This document shows positions 28,822 through 37,758 of a DNA stretch of 64,000 nt, one piece after another. How positions within the stretch are numbered: the first letter of the stretch is position 1; each line of letters starts with the position of its first letter. The stretch covers positions 1 to 64,000 of the IMG/VR virus record IMGVR_UViG_3300026311_000012; one strand, written 5' to 3'. The DNA comes from a virus (lineage: Duplodnaviria; Caudoviricetes). The notes beneath the pieces are model-generated. The model was given only the letters and a program-made list of their open reading frames with translations, had not been told where the DNA came from and did not search any database. A program made the translations under genes and the position numbers.

Positions 28822-28896
28822 TTGGCTATAACTATGTTATATGTACACTAAAGGTTAACATATAAAACCATGGATAGAAAATAAAAACACCGAGAG

Positions 28897-29163
28897 ATGA
28901 AAGAGAAGATCGACGAACTCCCAATCATGATTTGCGAATGCAATTCATACGAACATCAGATTCATGTTTGGCATGAACCCGAGAGTGATGAGCTATATTT
29001 TGAAATACATCTTACTACCCGTCACGGCTTACTTTGGAGGTTATGGCGTGCCTTTAAGTACACCTTCGGCTATAAGTCGAGATATGGAGATTGGGATGAG
29101 TTTCTCATGAAGCCGGAGGACAGAAAAAAGTTGCTTGAGTTTTTAAAACAAACGGTGAGATGA
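28897..29163 (+). CDS. Hypothetical phage protein
   Basis: ICECNSYEH...RLWRAFKYTFGYKSRYG. Confidence 0.65.
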   Translation: MKEKIDELPIMICECNSYEHQIHVWHEPESDELYFEIHLTTRHGLLWRLWRAFKYTFGYKSRYGDWDEFLMKPEDRKKLLEFLKQTVR

Positions 29164-29327
29164 AAGAGAAAATACCAGAGGAACTCCGCAAAGAATTTGA
29201 GCAGGCAGTCTTAAATGCGGATTTGGATCATTGGATGGTGGATAACGATCGCCAATTCTTAGATAAGATTTGGGACGCAGTTGACAAGCTGTTCAATCAG
29301 GAGGTGGAGAAACGGATGTTAAAATAA
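29160..29327 (+). CDS. Hypothetical protein (55 aa)
   Basis: Not on the track; ATGA-coupled MKEKIPEELRKEF... Confidence 0.55.
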   Translation: MKEKIPEELRKEFEQAVLNADLDHWMVDNDRQFLDKIWDAVDKLFNQEVEKRMLK

Positions 29328-29352
29328 ACTATAAATTTAAAAATTAAATAAA

Positions 29353-30000
29353 ATGCTTAAATGTAATTCAAAAAATCCAAAATTTAAAAATCTTACAATT
29401 GGCAAAAATTATGAAGGAACGCTTGATGGTGATTTCGCTGAAGTAGTAAATGATGCTGGAGTTAAATCCAAGTATCATAAAAAATATTTCAGTGAAGTTA
29501 CTGAAGAAACAGAAGTTAGTGAAACTATATTATCATTAAATGATATTTTAGATAGATTAAATATAACAGTTTCAGGAGAACATGAAGATGAACGTGTTAT
29601 TCAAGTAGTATATAATAATAGAATTAATAGTTATGTTTATGTTGAAAGTGCACAAAACACTTGCGGGATATTAGAACTTGATGGAATGAATAATATTGCA
29701 GATTTAACCAGTTCTATTATAAGAGATCTTAATACTTCTACTATTAAAACTACATCTGTTACTGAATCTGAATTATTTAATGCTATTATGATTCGTGTTT
29801 TAGATTATATTTCTGAAGAACATAGTGAACCATTTTATATGCTTACTACAAATAGTCCTGATTCATCAATATTTTCAGTATTTACTGAAAAAGTTACTAA
29901 TACATATGGTTGTTTCAGATCTCTCCCAAAAGAAAATCCTAATAGCGGAAACGATATAGCTGTTTGGCTTATTGACATTGCAGAGTTTTTTAGAAATTAA
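29353..30000 (+). CDS. Hypothetical protein (SH3-like N-domain plus CG...NPNSGN domain)
   Basis: 215 aa; AT-rich composition resumes. Confidence 0.65.
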   Translation: MLKCNSKNPKFKNLTIGKNYEGTLDGDFAEVVNDAGVKSKYHKKYFSEVTEETEVSETILSLNDILDRLNITVSGEHEDERVIQVVYNNRINSYVYVESAQNTCGILELDGMNNIADLTSSIIRDLNTSTIKTTSVTESELFNAIMIRVLDYISEEHSEPFYMLTTNSPDSSIFSVFTEKVTNTYGCFRSLPKENPNSGNDIAVWLIDIAEFFRN

Positions 30001-30012
30001 ATAAATAATAAA

Positions 30013-30294
30013 ATGTTTAGAATTAACGGTTTAACAATAAAGTTTCAGCATAATTATATATATCATATAGATTCTCATGGTCATAATACCAAGACACCTG
30101 TTTCTACAAAAGCTGTAATAATTGATAAAGATGGACAAGTAGTTGCTGAAAAAGTAGCAATATGTTCATCAAAAGATACTTTTGAAAAAGCGAAAGGTCG
30201 TAAAATTGCTTTATCTAGAGCTTTAATGGCTTCTCATTTTTCTAAAGAAGAAAGAAAAGAAATATGGAACAGATATTTAAAAAAAGATGAATAA
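30013..30294 (+). CDS. Small conserved phage protein
   Basis: AICSSKDTFEKAKGRKIALSRA motif. Confidence 0.65.
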   Translation: MFRINGLTIKFQHNYIYHIDSHGHNTKTPVSTKAVIIDKDGQVVAEKVAICSSKDTFEKAKGRKIALSRALMASHFSKEERKEIWNRYLKKDE

Positions 30295-30475
30295 AACAAA
30301 AGAATTATTTGAAGAGACATATACTATTTCAAAAAATTCATGGAGATATAACAATTTGATGAAAGTCAAATCTAAAACAGATGAAGGAGACCATTATAAA
30401 ATTGTCTTTTTTTCTGTAACAGAAACTTATAGCTCCATAAAAGAAAATCGTTTAACGTATATCTTGCCAAAATGA
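30287..30475 (+). CDS. Hypothetical protein
   Basis: 62 aa, coupled. Confidence 0.55.
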   Translation: MNKTKELFEETYTISKNSWRYNNLMKVKSKTDEGDHYKIVFFSVTETYSSIKENRLTYILPK

Positions 30476-31104
30476 AAGTAGGAATAGTAGGTTCAATCAG
30501 GGGAGATATACTGGGTATCCCTCTTTCATATGCTGAGTATATTAAATCTGTTTTGGGTGGAGAAATAATTATATTATCTCAAACTAGTTCTATCCAAGAT
30601 CTTGATTTATTAATACTCCCAGGTGGAGCTGATGTAAATCCTGAAAGATATGGGGCTATTCCTGATTTTAATACTGGTACTCCTGATATATTAAAAGAAT
30701 ATTTTGATATTCATCATTTACCCTTGTATATATCAAAAAAAACACCTATCTTTGCAATCTGTAGAGGATTCCAAAGTATTAATACTTTGTTACATGGAAC
30801 ATTAATACAAAATATGTATCATGAAACTAATACAAAGGATAACCCTTATGATGCCGTACATCCAGTATTTGATTATAAGGATAAAAGCAGAGCAGTATTT
30901 AAAGTAAATAGCAGACATCATCAGGCTATTGATATATTAGGAGATGGATTAATACCTTTGTTACATCATAAAGATGAAACAATTGAAGCTTTTTGGCATA
31001 ATGATTTGCCAATATTTGGGGTACAATGGCATCCAGAAGATTTATACGATATAGATTCAACAGAATGGATTAAAAACAAATTAAATACAATTATGGAGAA
31101 ATAG
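30472..31104 (+). CDS. Peptidase C26 / gamma-glutamyl hydrolase (class I GATase fold)
   Basis: LPGGADV, AICRGFQ, VNSRHHQ, GVQWHPE (Cys-His-Glu triad). Confidence 0.9.
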   Translation: MKVGIVGSIRGDILGIPLSYAEYIKSVLGGEIIILSQTSSIQDLDLLILPGGADVNPERYGAIPDFNTGTPDILKEYFDIHHLPLYISKKTPIFAICRGFQSINTLLHGTLIQNMYHETNTKDNPYDAVHPVFDYKDKSRAVFKVNSRHHQAIDILGDGLIPLLHHKDETIEAFWHNDLPIFGVQWHPEDLYDIDSTEWIKNKLNTIMEK

Positions 31105-31106
31105 AA

Positions 31107-31652
31107 ATGGAATTTTCGTGTAACATTGATGAGTTAGATGAGATGGGTTTAACCTTTACCGAATATCTTATATTATTTAGTATTTACAATCAAGTAATAT
31201 ATAAAAATATACAGATAAATGAAAAGGTTTATGAGCAGTTGGAAAGAAAAGGTTACATTAGAAAAGAAGAAGAAGTTTATGTATTAACAGACAAGGGATT
31301 TGATTTTTTTGTCCCGCCAGAAAACTTATTTGCAGAATTTATAACAACTTTTCCGACAAGAGTAGTAGATCCCATTAATGGAGCAGTTAGAATTTTAAGT
31401 CCAGCTAAATCTGAAACAGTAGCTGGTAAAAAACTGAAACATAAATGGGATACTGCTACTAAAGGAAGATTAGAAACACAAAAACATATATTAGCATGTT
31501 TAAAAGCAGAGATTCAACATAGAACAAACACAAATAGTCTGCAATGGATGAGAAATGCAGAAACATGGTTAAATAATGGAACTTGGGAAGATTTTGAATA
31601 TCTTCTTAATACACCATCTCCAACAATATCCTCTAAAGATATACGATTATGA
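31107..31652 (+). CDS. Putative replication initiator/helicase loader
   Basis: wHTH-like N-terminus, AETWLNN..WED C-terminal motif, precedes the helicase. Confidence 0.55.
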   Translation: MEFSCNIDELDEMGLTFTEYLILFSIYNQVIYKNIQINEKVYEQLERKGYIRKEEEVYVLTDKGFDFFVPPENLFAEFITTFPTRVVDPINGAVRILSPAKSETVAGKKLKHKWDTATKGRLETQKHILACLKAEIQHRTNTNSLQWMRNAETWLNNGTWEDFEYLLNTPSPTISSKDIRL

Positions 31653-32728
31653 TAGCAAATTCTGTATTATCACAAATTCGTAAAAATAGAGAAAGAAGGT
31701 TAAATGGAGAATTAATTGCAATACCTTGGAGTCTTAGTAATTTTTCAACTATAGTTCCAGGTGTAGAACAAGCTAAAATGTATCTAATATCTGCTAATCC
31801 AAAAGCAGGTAAATCTCAATTATGTGATTTTTTATTTGTGTATGAACCATTTGAATGGTATTTACGTAATAAAAATCATCATATAATACCAAGAATCTTA
31901 TATTTTTCTTTAGAAATGTCTCGTCAAAGTAAGATATATCAAGCTATGTCTTATAAATTAAATAGAGATTACAATATTGTTATTTCTCCTCAACATCTTA
32001 AATCAACATTTGCTGATTATATATTAGATGAAAGAATTCTTAATATAATAGAGTCAACAGAATTTAGAATATGGTTAAAAGATTTTGAGGAAGCAGTAAC
32101 ATTAATAGATAATATAAGAAGTCCAAATGATATATATGACTATGTAAAACATTATGCATTAACTCATGGCAGATTAAATGAAAAAACAGGAGAATATTTT
32201 CCAGATAATCCAGATGAATATGTTATAATTATAGTAGATCACGTATCCTTGCTTACTCCAAATAAAGGAAACAGTTTATTTGACGCTATATATGATTATT
32301 CAGCATATAAATGTTTGGAATTTAGAGATAAATTTGGATACACTCCTGTTATTGTTCAGCAACAATCAGCAGATTCAGGTAAACAACAATTTGATTATAG
32401 AGGTAATTCTATAATAGAAAAAATAAGACCTAGTCCTGATGGTTTAGCTGATTGCAGATTAACTTCAAGAGATACAAATATAATGTTAAGTTTGTTTAAT
32501 CCTACAAGTTATAATTTATCTGAATATGAAGGATTAGATTTAAATAAAATAGGAAGATGGCATAGAGAATTATATTTAAACCTCAACCGTGATGGTTTGA
32601 GCAATGTCCAGGTTCAGTTGTTCTTTAATGGAGCATGTAATGAATTTATTGAATTACCAAGACGGATGATTGATAATAAAGAAGTGTATAATATGATAGA
32701 AAATAAGGTTAAATCAATAAAAATGTAA
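31649..32728 (+). CDS. DnaB-like replicative helicase
   Basis: ANPKAGKS, YFSLEM, IIVDH, VQQQ, LNRDG. Confidence 0.8.
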   Translation: MIANSVLSQIRKNRERRLNGELIAIPWSLSNFSTIVPGVEQAKMYLISANPKAGKSQLCDFLFVYEPFEWYLRNKNHHIIPRILYFSLEMSRQSKIYQAMSYKLNRDYNIVISPQHLKSTFADYILDERILNIIESTEFRIWLKDFEEAVTLIDNIRSPNDIYDYVKHYALTHGRLNEKTGEYFPDNPDEYVIIIVDHVSLLTPNKGNSLFDAIYDYSAYKCLEFRDKFGYTPVIVQQQSADSGKQQFDYRGNSIIEKIRPSPDGLADCRLTSRDTNIMLSLFNPTSYNLSEYEGLDLNKIGRWHRELYLNLNRDGLSNVQVQLFFNGACNEFIELPRRMIDNKEVYNMIENKVKSIKM

Positions 32729-32729
32729 A

Positions 32730-33458
32730 ATGGAACTACCAACAGAAAAAAGAAAAGTATTAAGACAAAATCCCAAATTTATGGTAATCTTTGGGAAACC
32801 CAAGGTAGGGGGAAAAACTACAGCAATGTCTCTATTAGAGAATAATCTAATAATTGAAATGGAAGATAGAGGAGCTGATTTTGTATCAGGTCTTGTAGTA
32901 AATGCTGCAACAACAAGAGACTTATTTGAAATATATGAAGCTATAAAAGCTGCTGGAAATCCATATAAATATATTACTTTGGATACAGCTACTGCAATGG
33001 AAGATAATATTATTCAATCTCTTGCTGCTAAATTTTATAAAAGCACTCCTATGGGAAAAGCTTATACAGGAGATGATATAAGAAGGCTTCCACAGGGTGC
33101 AGGATGGACATATTGGCGTCAGGCATTTAATTATATTATTGATATGTTTACTCCTTTATGTGATTGTTTGATTCTTGTTGCACACTGTAATGAGAAACAA
33201 ATAGACAAAGAAGGAAAAGAAATGTATGAATTTGAACTTGATTTAAGTGGTAAACTCAAAAAGATTATTGCAGCAAGAGCTGATGCTATTGGGTATACCT
33301 ACAGAAAAGGTAATCAAACTATTATTAATTTTAATGGTGGTAGCGATTTTATAGTTGGAGCAAGATCTGAACATTTAGCTGACAAAGAATTTGTTCTTGT
33401 TGAAAAAACAGAAAAAGGTTTTATTCATAACTGGGATCAAATATTTATAAACAAATAG
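32730..33458 (+). CDS. AAA-family ATPase (Sak4-like)
   Basis: GKPKVGGKTT, TLDT, ILVAH, ADAIGY. Confidence 0.8.
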   Translation: MELPTEKRKVLRQNPKFMVIFGKPKVGGKTTAMSLLENNLIIEMEDRGADFVSGLVVNAATTRDLFEIYEAIKAAGNPYKYITLDTATAMEDNIIQSLAAKFYKSTPMGKAYTGDDIRRLPQGAGWTYWRQAFNYIIDMFTPLCDCLILVAHCNEKQIDKEGKEMYEFELDLSGKLKKIIAARADAIGYTYRKGNQTIINFNGGSDFIVGARSEHLADKEFVLVEKTEKGFIHNWDQIFINK

Positions 33459-33461
33459 ACT

Positions 33462-33989
33462 ATGGAATATTTTAGTAAACTAACAATTGACAAAGAAAAA
33501 AAAATATTAATTTTAAATGAAGAAGCTCTTCAGAGTTTAGATGCTGACTCTGGAAATGCTAAAATAATAATATTAGCACCTTTAAAAGAAGAAGGTGCAG
33601 ATGAAAAAGCACTTTATCTCATTAATGTTAAAGGATCTAGTATCGGTTCTGATAAAGAAGAAAATAAATATTTACAAGAAATTTTTCCACTTGATAAAGT
33701 AAGATCAATAGAAATAATTAATGATGAAGAACCGCATGGTATCGTTAGTATTTCAGATGATGTTATTAAATCATTTGAAAAAGTTTTTGGAGACAAAGCT
33801 GAAGAATTTAAATTGGCATACCAAGAGAATGTTGTTGGAGATATGAAAGCCCTTAAAGACATTTATGGAGTAAATGGAATTTATCATAAAATAACTAAGA
33901 TAACGTTTAAAAAAAATGTTATTGGTAAATCAAATGATGTAGAAAGTGTTGAAGAGATAGTTAAACTTACAAAAACAGAAACAGTATGA
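33462..33989 (+). CDS. Hypothetical protein
   Basis: 175 aa in the replication operon. Confidence 0.6.
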   Translation: MEYFSKLTIDKEKKILILNEEALQSLDADSGNAKIIILAPLKEEGADEKALYLINVKGSSIGSDKEENKYLQEIFPLDKVRSIEIINDEEPHGIVSISDDVIKSFEKVFGDKAEEFKLAYQENVVGDMKALKDIYGVNGIYHKITKITFKKNVIGKSNDVESVEEIVKLTKTETV

Positions 33990-34564
33990 GTTATGAAGTA
34001 AAAAAAGGTGGGGCTTATAAGCCAATGGTTATTACGAGTGAAAATGCAATTAGTGAAGGTAGATATCTTAACCGTATCGAGTTTAGAAAAACTGAGAAGG
34101 CTAAGTGGTTAACATTGGAGGTGAAAGATAAAGATGGAGGTATAGCAAGAAAGTCCTACTTTGAGCCCAAAATGGGTAACTTTATAGACACACCTGAAAA
34201 ACTTGCAAAAGAACAAGGTAAATTTAGTGGAGTAATGCGTAGCTTAACAAGAGCTATGCTTTCTGATAATTATGAAACTGGTAAAATAGATTCTTTTGAA
34301 GAATTTTGTCTTAAAATACAACACGATATTCCTGATAGTCTTTTTAATAAAGAACTCAGAGTAAAATGTATTTATGACAAGAATAACAATCCTTCACTTC
34401 CTAATTTTGGGGTAGTGTTTGAAGATCCTACAAAAGTTCCTCTTGAACAGAGTAAAATAAGAATATCAGATAGAGATATAGTAGAAAAAATAGAAGTAGA
34501 CGAAGATGTTGCAGATGTTCCTACTACTACAGCTCCTATTACGAAAGATGATTTACCTTTTTAG
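33986..34564 (+). CDS. Putative ssDNA-binding protein
   Basis: Acidic tail ending DDLPF; next to the Sak4-like ATPase. Confidence 0.7.
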   Translation: MSYEVKKGGAYKPMVITSENAISEGRYLNRIEFRKTEKAKWLTLEVKDKDGGIARKSYFEPKMGNFIDTPEKLAKEQGKFSGVMRSLTRAMLSDNYETGKIDSFEEFCLKIQHDIPDSLFNKELRVKCIYDKNNNPSLPNFGVVFEDPTKVPLEQSKIRISDRDIVEKIEVDEDVADVPTTTAPITKDDLPF

Positions 34565-34589
34565 TAATAATTAAAATTTGATTATGGTA

Positions 34590-34664
34590 AGTATGGTAGC
34601 TTTAATTGGATTAGAGTCCTGACTTTTAATCAGGGGGGTGTGGGTTCGAGTCCCACCCATACTT
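34590..34664 (+). tRNA. tRNA-Lys(TTT)
   Basis: AGTATGG/CCATACT acceptor, CCTGA-CTTTTAA-TCAGG, GGTTCGAGTCC. Confidence 0.85.
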
Positions 34665-34668
34665 CTGA

Positions 34669-34824
34669 AATATTTAAGGTCCTGAACTAAGCGGTAAACA
34701 GGTTAAATTATACCGGTCTGGCAAATAAGCTGAAAAGTCGATCAACCAGCAAAGTAAATGCTCCTCATGCCTGTAAGGGTTTCGACCAGGGAGTATGAGC
34801 CTGATAAACAAAGCCTTAAATATT
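34669..34824 (+). ncRNA. Candidate structured ncRNA between two tRNAs
   Basis: Perfect 11-bp closing stem AATATTTAAGG/CCTTAAATATT enclosing three hairpins; no ORF. Confidence 0.55.
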
Positions 34825-34828
34825 CTAT

Positions 34829-34901
34829 GCTTCCTTAGCTCAGTTGGTAGAGTGTCTGATTTGTACTCAGAAGGTCGTAGGTTCGATGCCTGCAGGAAGC
34901 T
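34829..34901 (+). tRNA. tRNA-Thr(TGT)
   Basis: GCTTCCT/AGGAAGC acceptor, TCTGA-TTTGTAC-TCAGA, GGTTCGATGCC. Confidence 0.9.
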
Positions 34902-34915
34902 CTAAAAAATAAAAT

Positions 34916-35878
34916 ATGTATGAAATTTCTGCTGATTTATCAAAGGAGAATCTATTATCTAGAATAGATAGTTATAGTATATTTAAATACTATTGTCCTA
35001 ATTTTAAAAAAATAAATAAACCATTTAAATCACCTTTCCATGAAGACAAGCACCCAAGTGCATTTATTATATATTATGAAGGTGATTTTTTATTTAAAGA
35101 TTTTGGTGGAGACTCTTTAAGAGCTATAGATTTTGTAATGAAAATGTATAATCTTTCATTTAGAGATGCTCTTGAAAAAATAAATTATGATTTTGGATTA
35201 GGATTAAGTGGAAAAGAAGGAACTAATGTTGAAATTCCTGAATTAGATGATACTATAGTATACGAGAAAACTACATCCATTATTAAAATAAAAAGAAGAG
35301 ATTGGAACGAAAAAGATTTATCCTATTGGGGCAGCTTTGGAATAGGATATAAAACTTTGAACAAGTTTAATGTAGTTCCGATCTCTTACTTTTCTATTAA
35401 TGAATATATGTATAAAGCTGAAGAATTGGCCTATTCATATGAGTATTATTGGGAAGATAGTATATTTAGAAGAAAAATATATCAACCACTGTCTAAAAAT
35501 AAATGGTATAGTAATGGAGGAAATGTAGTTCAAGGAGAAGGAGTACTTCCAAAATTTGGTGAATTGTTAATAATAACATCGTCCTTAAAGGATGTTATGA
35601 CATTATATGAATTAGGATACATTGCAATAGCTCCTACATCTGAATCTACTTTTGTTCCAGATACTTATTTTGAAAAACAACACAAAAGATTTAAAAAGAT
35701 TATTCTTTTTATGGATTCTGATACTACTGGAATAAAACGTAGTTTAGAATTAAATAGAAAATGGGGGTTAGACTATATTTTAATTCCAAAGGAGTATAAT
35801 AAAAAAGATATATCTGATTATAGTAAAACATTTGGAAAAGAAATGACTAAATTATTATTAAAAACATTAATAAGATGA
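34916..35878 (+). CDS. DnaG-type primase
   Basis: SPFHEDKHPS..FKDFG; TOPRIM SSLKD and FMDSD.TG, KDISD. Confidence 0.85.
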   Translation: MYEISADLSKENLLSRIDSYSIFKYYCPNFKKINKPFKSPFHEDKHPSAFIIYYEGDFLFKDFGGDSLRAIDFVMKMYNLSFRDALEKINYDFGLGLSGKEGTNVEIPELDDTIVYEKTTSIIKIKRRDWNEKDLSYWGSFGIGYKTLNKFNVVPISYFSINEYMYKAEELAYSYEYYWEDSIFRRKIYQPLSKNKWYSNGGNVVQGEGVLPKFGELLIITSSLKDVMTLYELGYIAIAPTSESTFVPDTYFEKQHKRFKKIILFMDSDTTGIKRSLELNRKWGLDYILIPKEYNKKDISDYSKTFGKEMTKLLLKTLIR

Positions 35879-36246
35879 GGTATTTAATTAAAGACAAACT
35901 TTTTGAAATATTACTAGAGTTTTCAAAAGGTACACCACATTATTCTTTAGATGTAATTATTATAAAAAAAGTACCAAAACCATATGTAGGACATGGAAAA
36001 ATATTTCAAATATATGATGAGGATAATGTAGTTGCAGTTACTGTAGCTTCTGTAAGATCTTCTGAAATTAATACTACTTCTAATGAATTAGAAATATATT
36101 TAAATGGAGTAAATGATCATATGAATAGTTCTACAATACATGCAACATTATGGAATCTACATAATAAAGATATTTATCATATTTTTAAATTACTAAAACA
36201 ATATTCATGTAATTCTTTTAAAAAATTAAAATATTATGATATTTAA
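35875..36246 (+). CDS. Hypothetical protein
   Basis: 123 aa; ends KKLKYYDI (one A short of KKLKIL-stop). Confidence 0.6.
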   Translation: MRYLIKDKLFEILLEFSKGTPHYSLDVIIIKKVPKPYVGHGKIFQIYDEDNVVAVTVASVRSSEINTTSNELEIYLNGVNDHMNSSTIHATLWNLHNKDIYHIFKLLKQYSCNSFKKLKYYDI

Positions 36247-36538
36247 GTTAGGTGATATAGTTAAAGTTACAAAGAAAGAATATACATATGGTAGGTATGA
36301 TATAATCTTTAAATTATTTAATTTTAAAAATGAAGAAATAAATGAATGGAATAACTATTCTAGTAAAGAAACTGAATTATTTCAAATAACAAATTTAATT
36401 GAACATCCTCATCAGTATGAAGAAATTAAAATAATATTATATAAAATAGTTGGATTAATAACACGAAGAGAATTTTTAATAGATCAAAGAGGTTTAAAAT
36501 TAATAAAATCTTATAATTTTAAATTAAAAATAATATAA
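36236..36538 (+). CDS. KOW-like small protein, KLKII tail
   Basis: FKLGDIVKV; paralog of 36924. Confidence 0.65.
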   Translation: MIFKLGDIVKVTKKEYTYGRYDIIFKLFNFKNEEINEWNNYSSKETELFQITNLIEHPHQYEEIKIILYKIVGLITRREFLIDQRGLKLIKSYNFKLKII

Positions 36539-36937
36539 ATGAAGAAATTAGTAACAGTTTATGGAAGTCTTTTAAAAGGACTTGGAAATTGGCATTGGCA
36601 TCTTAACAATCCTAATTCCAAGTTATTAGGAGAACATACTTTAAATGGTGGTTTTGTAATGGTATCACTAGGAGGATTTCCTGGTCTCATTCCTGATGAA
36701 AAATCAGATTCTAAGGTATTTGTAGAGACGTATGAAGTAACAGACGATGTATATAGAAGTATAGAACATCTTGAAGGTTATCCTCATTTCTATGATAAAC
36801 AAAAAATACAAACACCTTTTGGAGAATCTGAAGTATATGTTTTAGGAGATAATTACTATAGAGAACATGCCTTAGTGCCTGAAACAGATGGTGTTGTTAA
36901 CTGGAGAAAATATAAAGGAAGTTATGAAACCTTTTAA
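36539..36937 (+). CDS. Gamma-glutamylcyclotransferase (AIG2-like)
   Basis: VYGSLLKG, FPGL, LEGYPHFY. Confidence 0.85.
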   Translation: MKKLVTVYGSLLKGLGNWHWHLNNPNSKLLGEHTLNGGFVMVSLGGFPGLIPDEKSDSKVFVETYEVTDDVYRSIEHLEGYPHFYDKQKIQTPFGESEVYVLGDNYYREHALVPETDGVVNWRKYKGSYETF

Positions 36938-37235
36938 ATACAGAGAAGGACAAATAGTAAAAATTATAAATGGTGGATTAACATATCCAAGGTATAGAAA
37001 ATATTTTATCTCTATGGGTTTTAAAAATCAACAATATAATTCTTGGAGTAGATGGTATAATTATATTGAAGATTGCAATGAAAAATTTATAATAGATAAT
37101 TATGATGTACATGAAAATGGATTTACTCATATGTATAAAATAACTTGTATAAGTAATCCAGATATAGAATTTTTAATTGAAGAATCTGGAATTAAATTAG
37201 TAGGTATGTTTTTTAATAAAATAAAAATAATATGA
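36924..37235 (+). CDS. KOW-like small protein, KIKII tail
   Basis: YREGQIVKI; ATG at 36924 preferred. Confidence 0.65.
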   Translation: MKPFKYREGQIVKIINGGLTYPRYRKYFISMGFKNQQYNSWSRWYNYIEDCNEKFIIDNYDVHENGFTHMYKITCISNPDIEFLIEESGIKLVGMFFNKIKII

Positions 37236-37630
37236 ATATGAAAGAATTAAATATAAATCAAGAACTTAGAGATAAAATTATATTTAAGGAAAATCTTCCA
37301 AAATATATGGGAGGAATTGCACATTTTGAACATTTAGGTATATGGGATTTAGAAGAATTGATTAAAAATAATTTTATTGATTTAGAAGATTCCCAAAACA
37401 ATTCTCCAACAGCCAAAGAATTTTATGAATTTATAAAAAACAATGGTTTTACTGGAGACTTTCATGGATATGTTGTAGATAAATCTAGATCTGATTATAG
37501 GGTAACTATAGAAGGTATAGAAGTGAATTCAGAAATTGAAATAGATACATTAATACAATTTTCAAATTTATTTAGAGATGCTGATGAATTTATTTGTATT
37601 GCTAATCATTTATATTGCTGGTATGATTAA
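37232..37630 (+). CDS. Hypothetical phage protein
   Basis: QNNSPT..EF, HGYVV..R.DYRVTIEG, ends WYD. Confidence 0.7.
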   Translation: MNMKELNINQELRDKIIFKENLPKYMGGIAHFEHLGIWDLEELIKNNFIDLEDSQNNSPTAKEFYEFIKNNGFTGDFHGYVVDKSRSDYRVTIEGIEVNSEIEIDTLIQFSNLFRDADEFICIANHLYCWYD

Positions 37631-37644
37631 TAAATATAAATAAT

Positions 37645-37758
37645 ATGAAAAAATTATTTTGTACTATATGTGATAGTTGTAGAAAACTATGTGAAGGCCC
37701 ATTTAAATATGAATTTGTAACAAAAATTACTAAATCTTTAAATTTAAAATTTATATAA
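37645..37758 (+). CDS. Cys-rich micro-protein (37 aa), NLKFI tail
   Basis: Not on the track: MKKLFCTICDSCRKLCEG...NLKFI; TAATG-coupled to the ATP-grasp gene. Confidence 0.45.
   Translation: MKKLFCTICDSCRKLCEGPFKYEFVTKITKSLNLKFI

Larger units (their letters stand above)
25450..29330 (+). mobile_element. GC-richer, horizontally acquired gene island
   Basis: Abrupt rise in G+C and CG-containing codons (by eye) starting right after tRNA-Gln; no integrase inside. Confidence 0.55.

Noticed and set aside
19540-29330. CRISPR array or diversity-generating retroelement
   Set aside because: Repeats occur only in pairs without regular spacers, and no reverse transcriptase or cas gene is seen.
25450-29330. 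Integrated prophage or satellite at tRNA-Gln
   Set aside because: No integrase, and I saw no duplicated tRNA 3' end at the right boundary; kept only as a foreign island.
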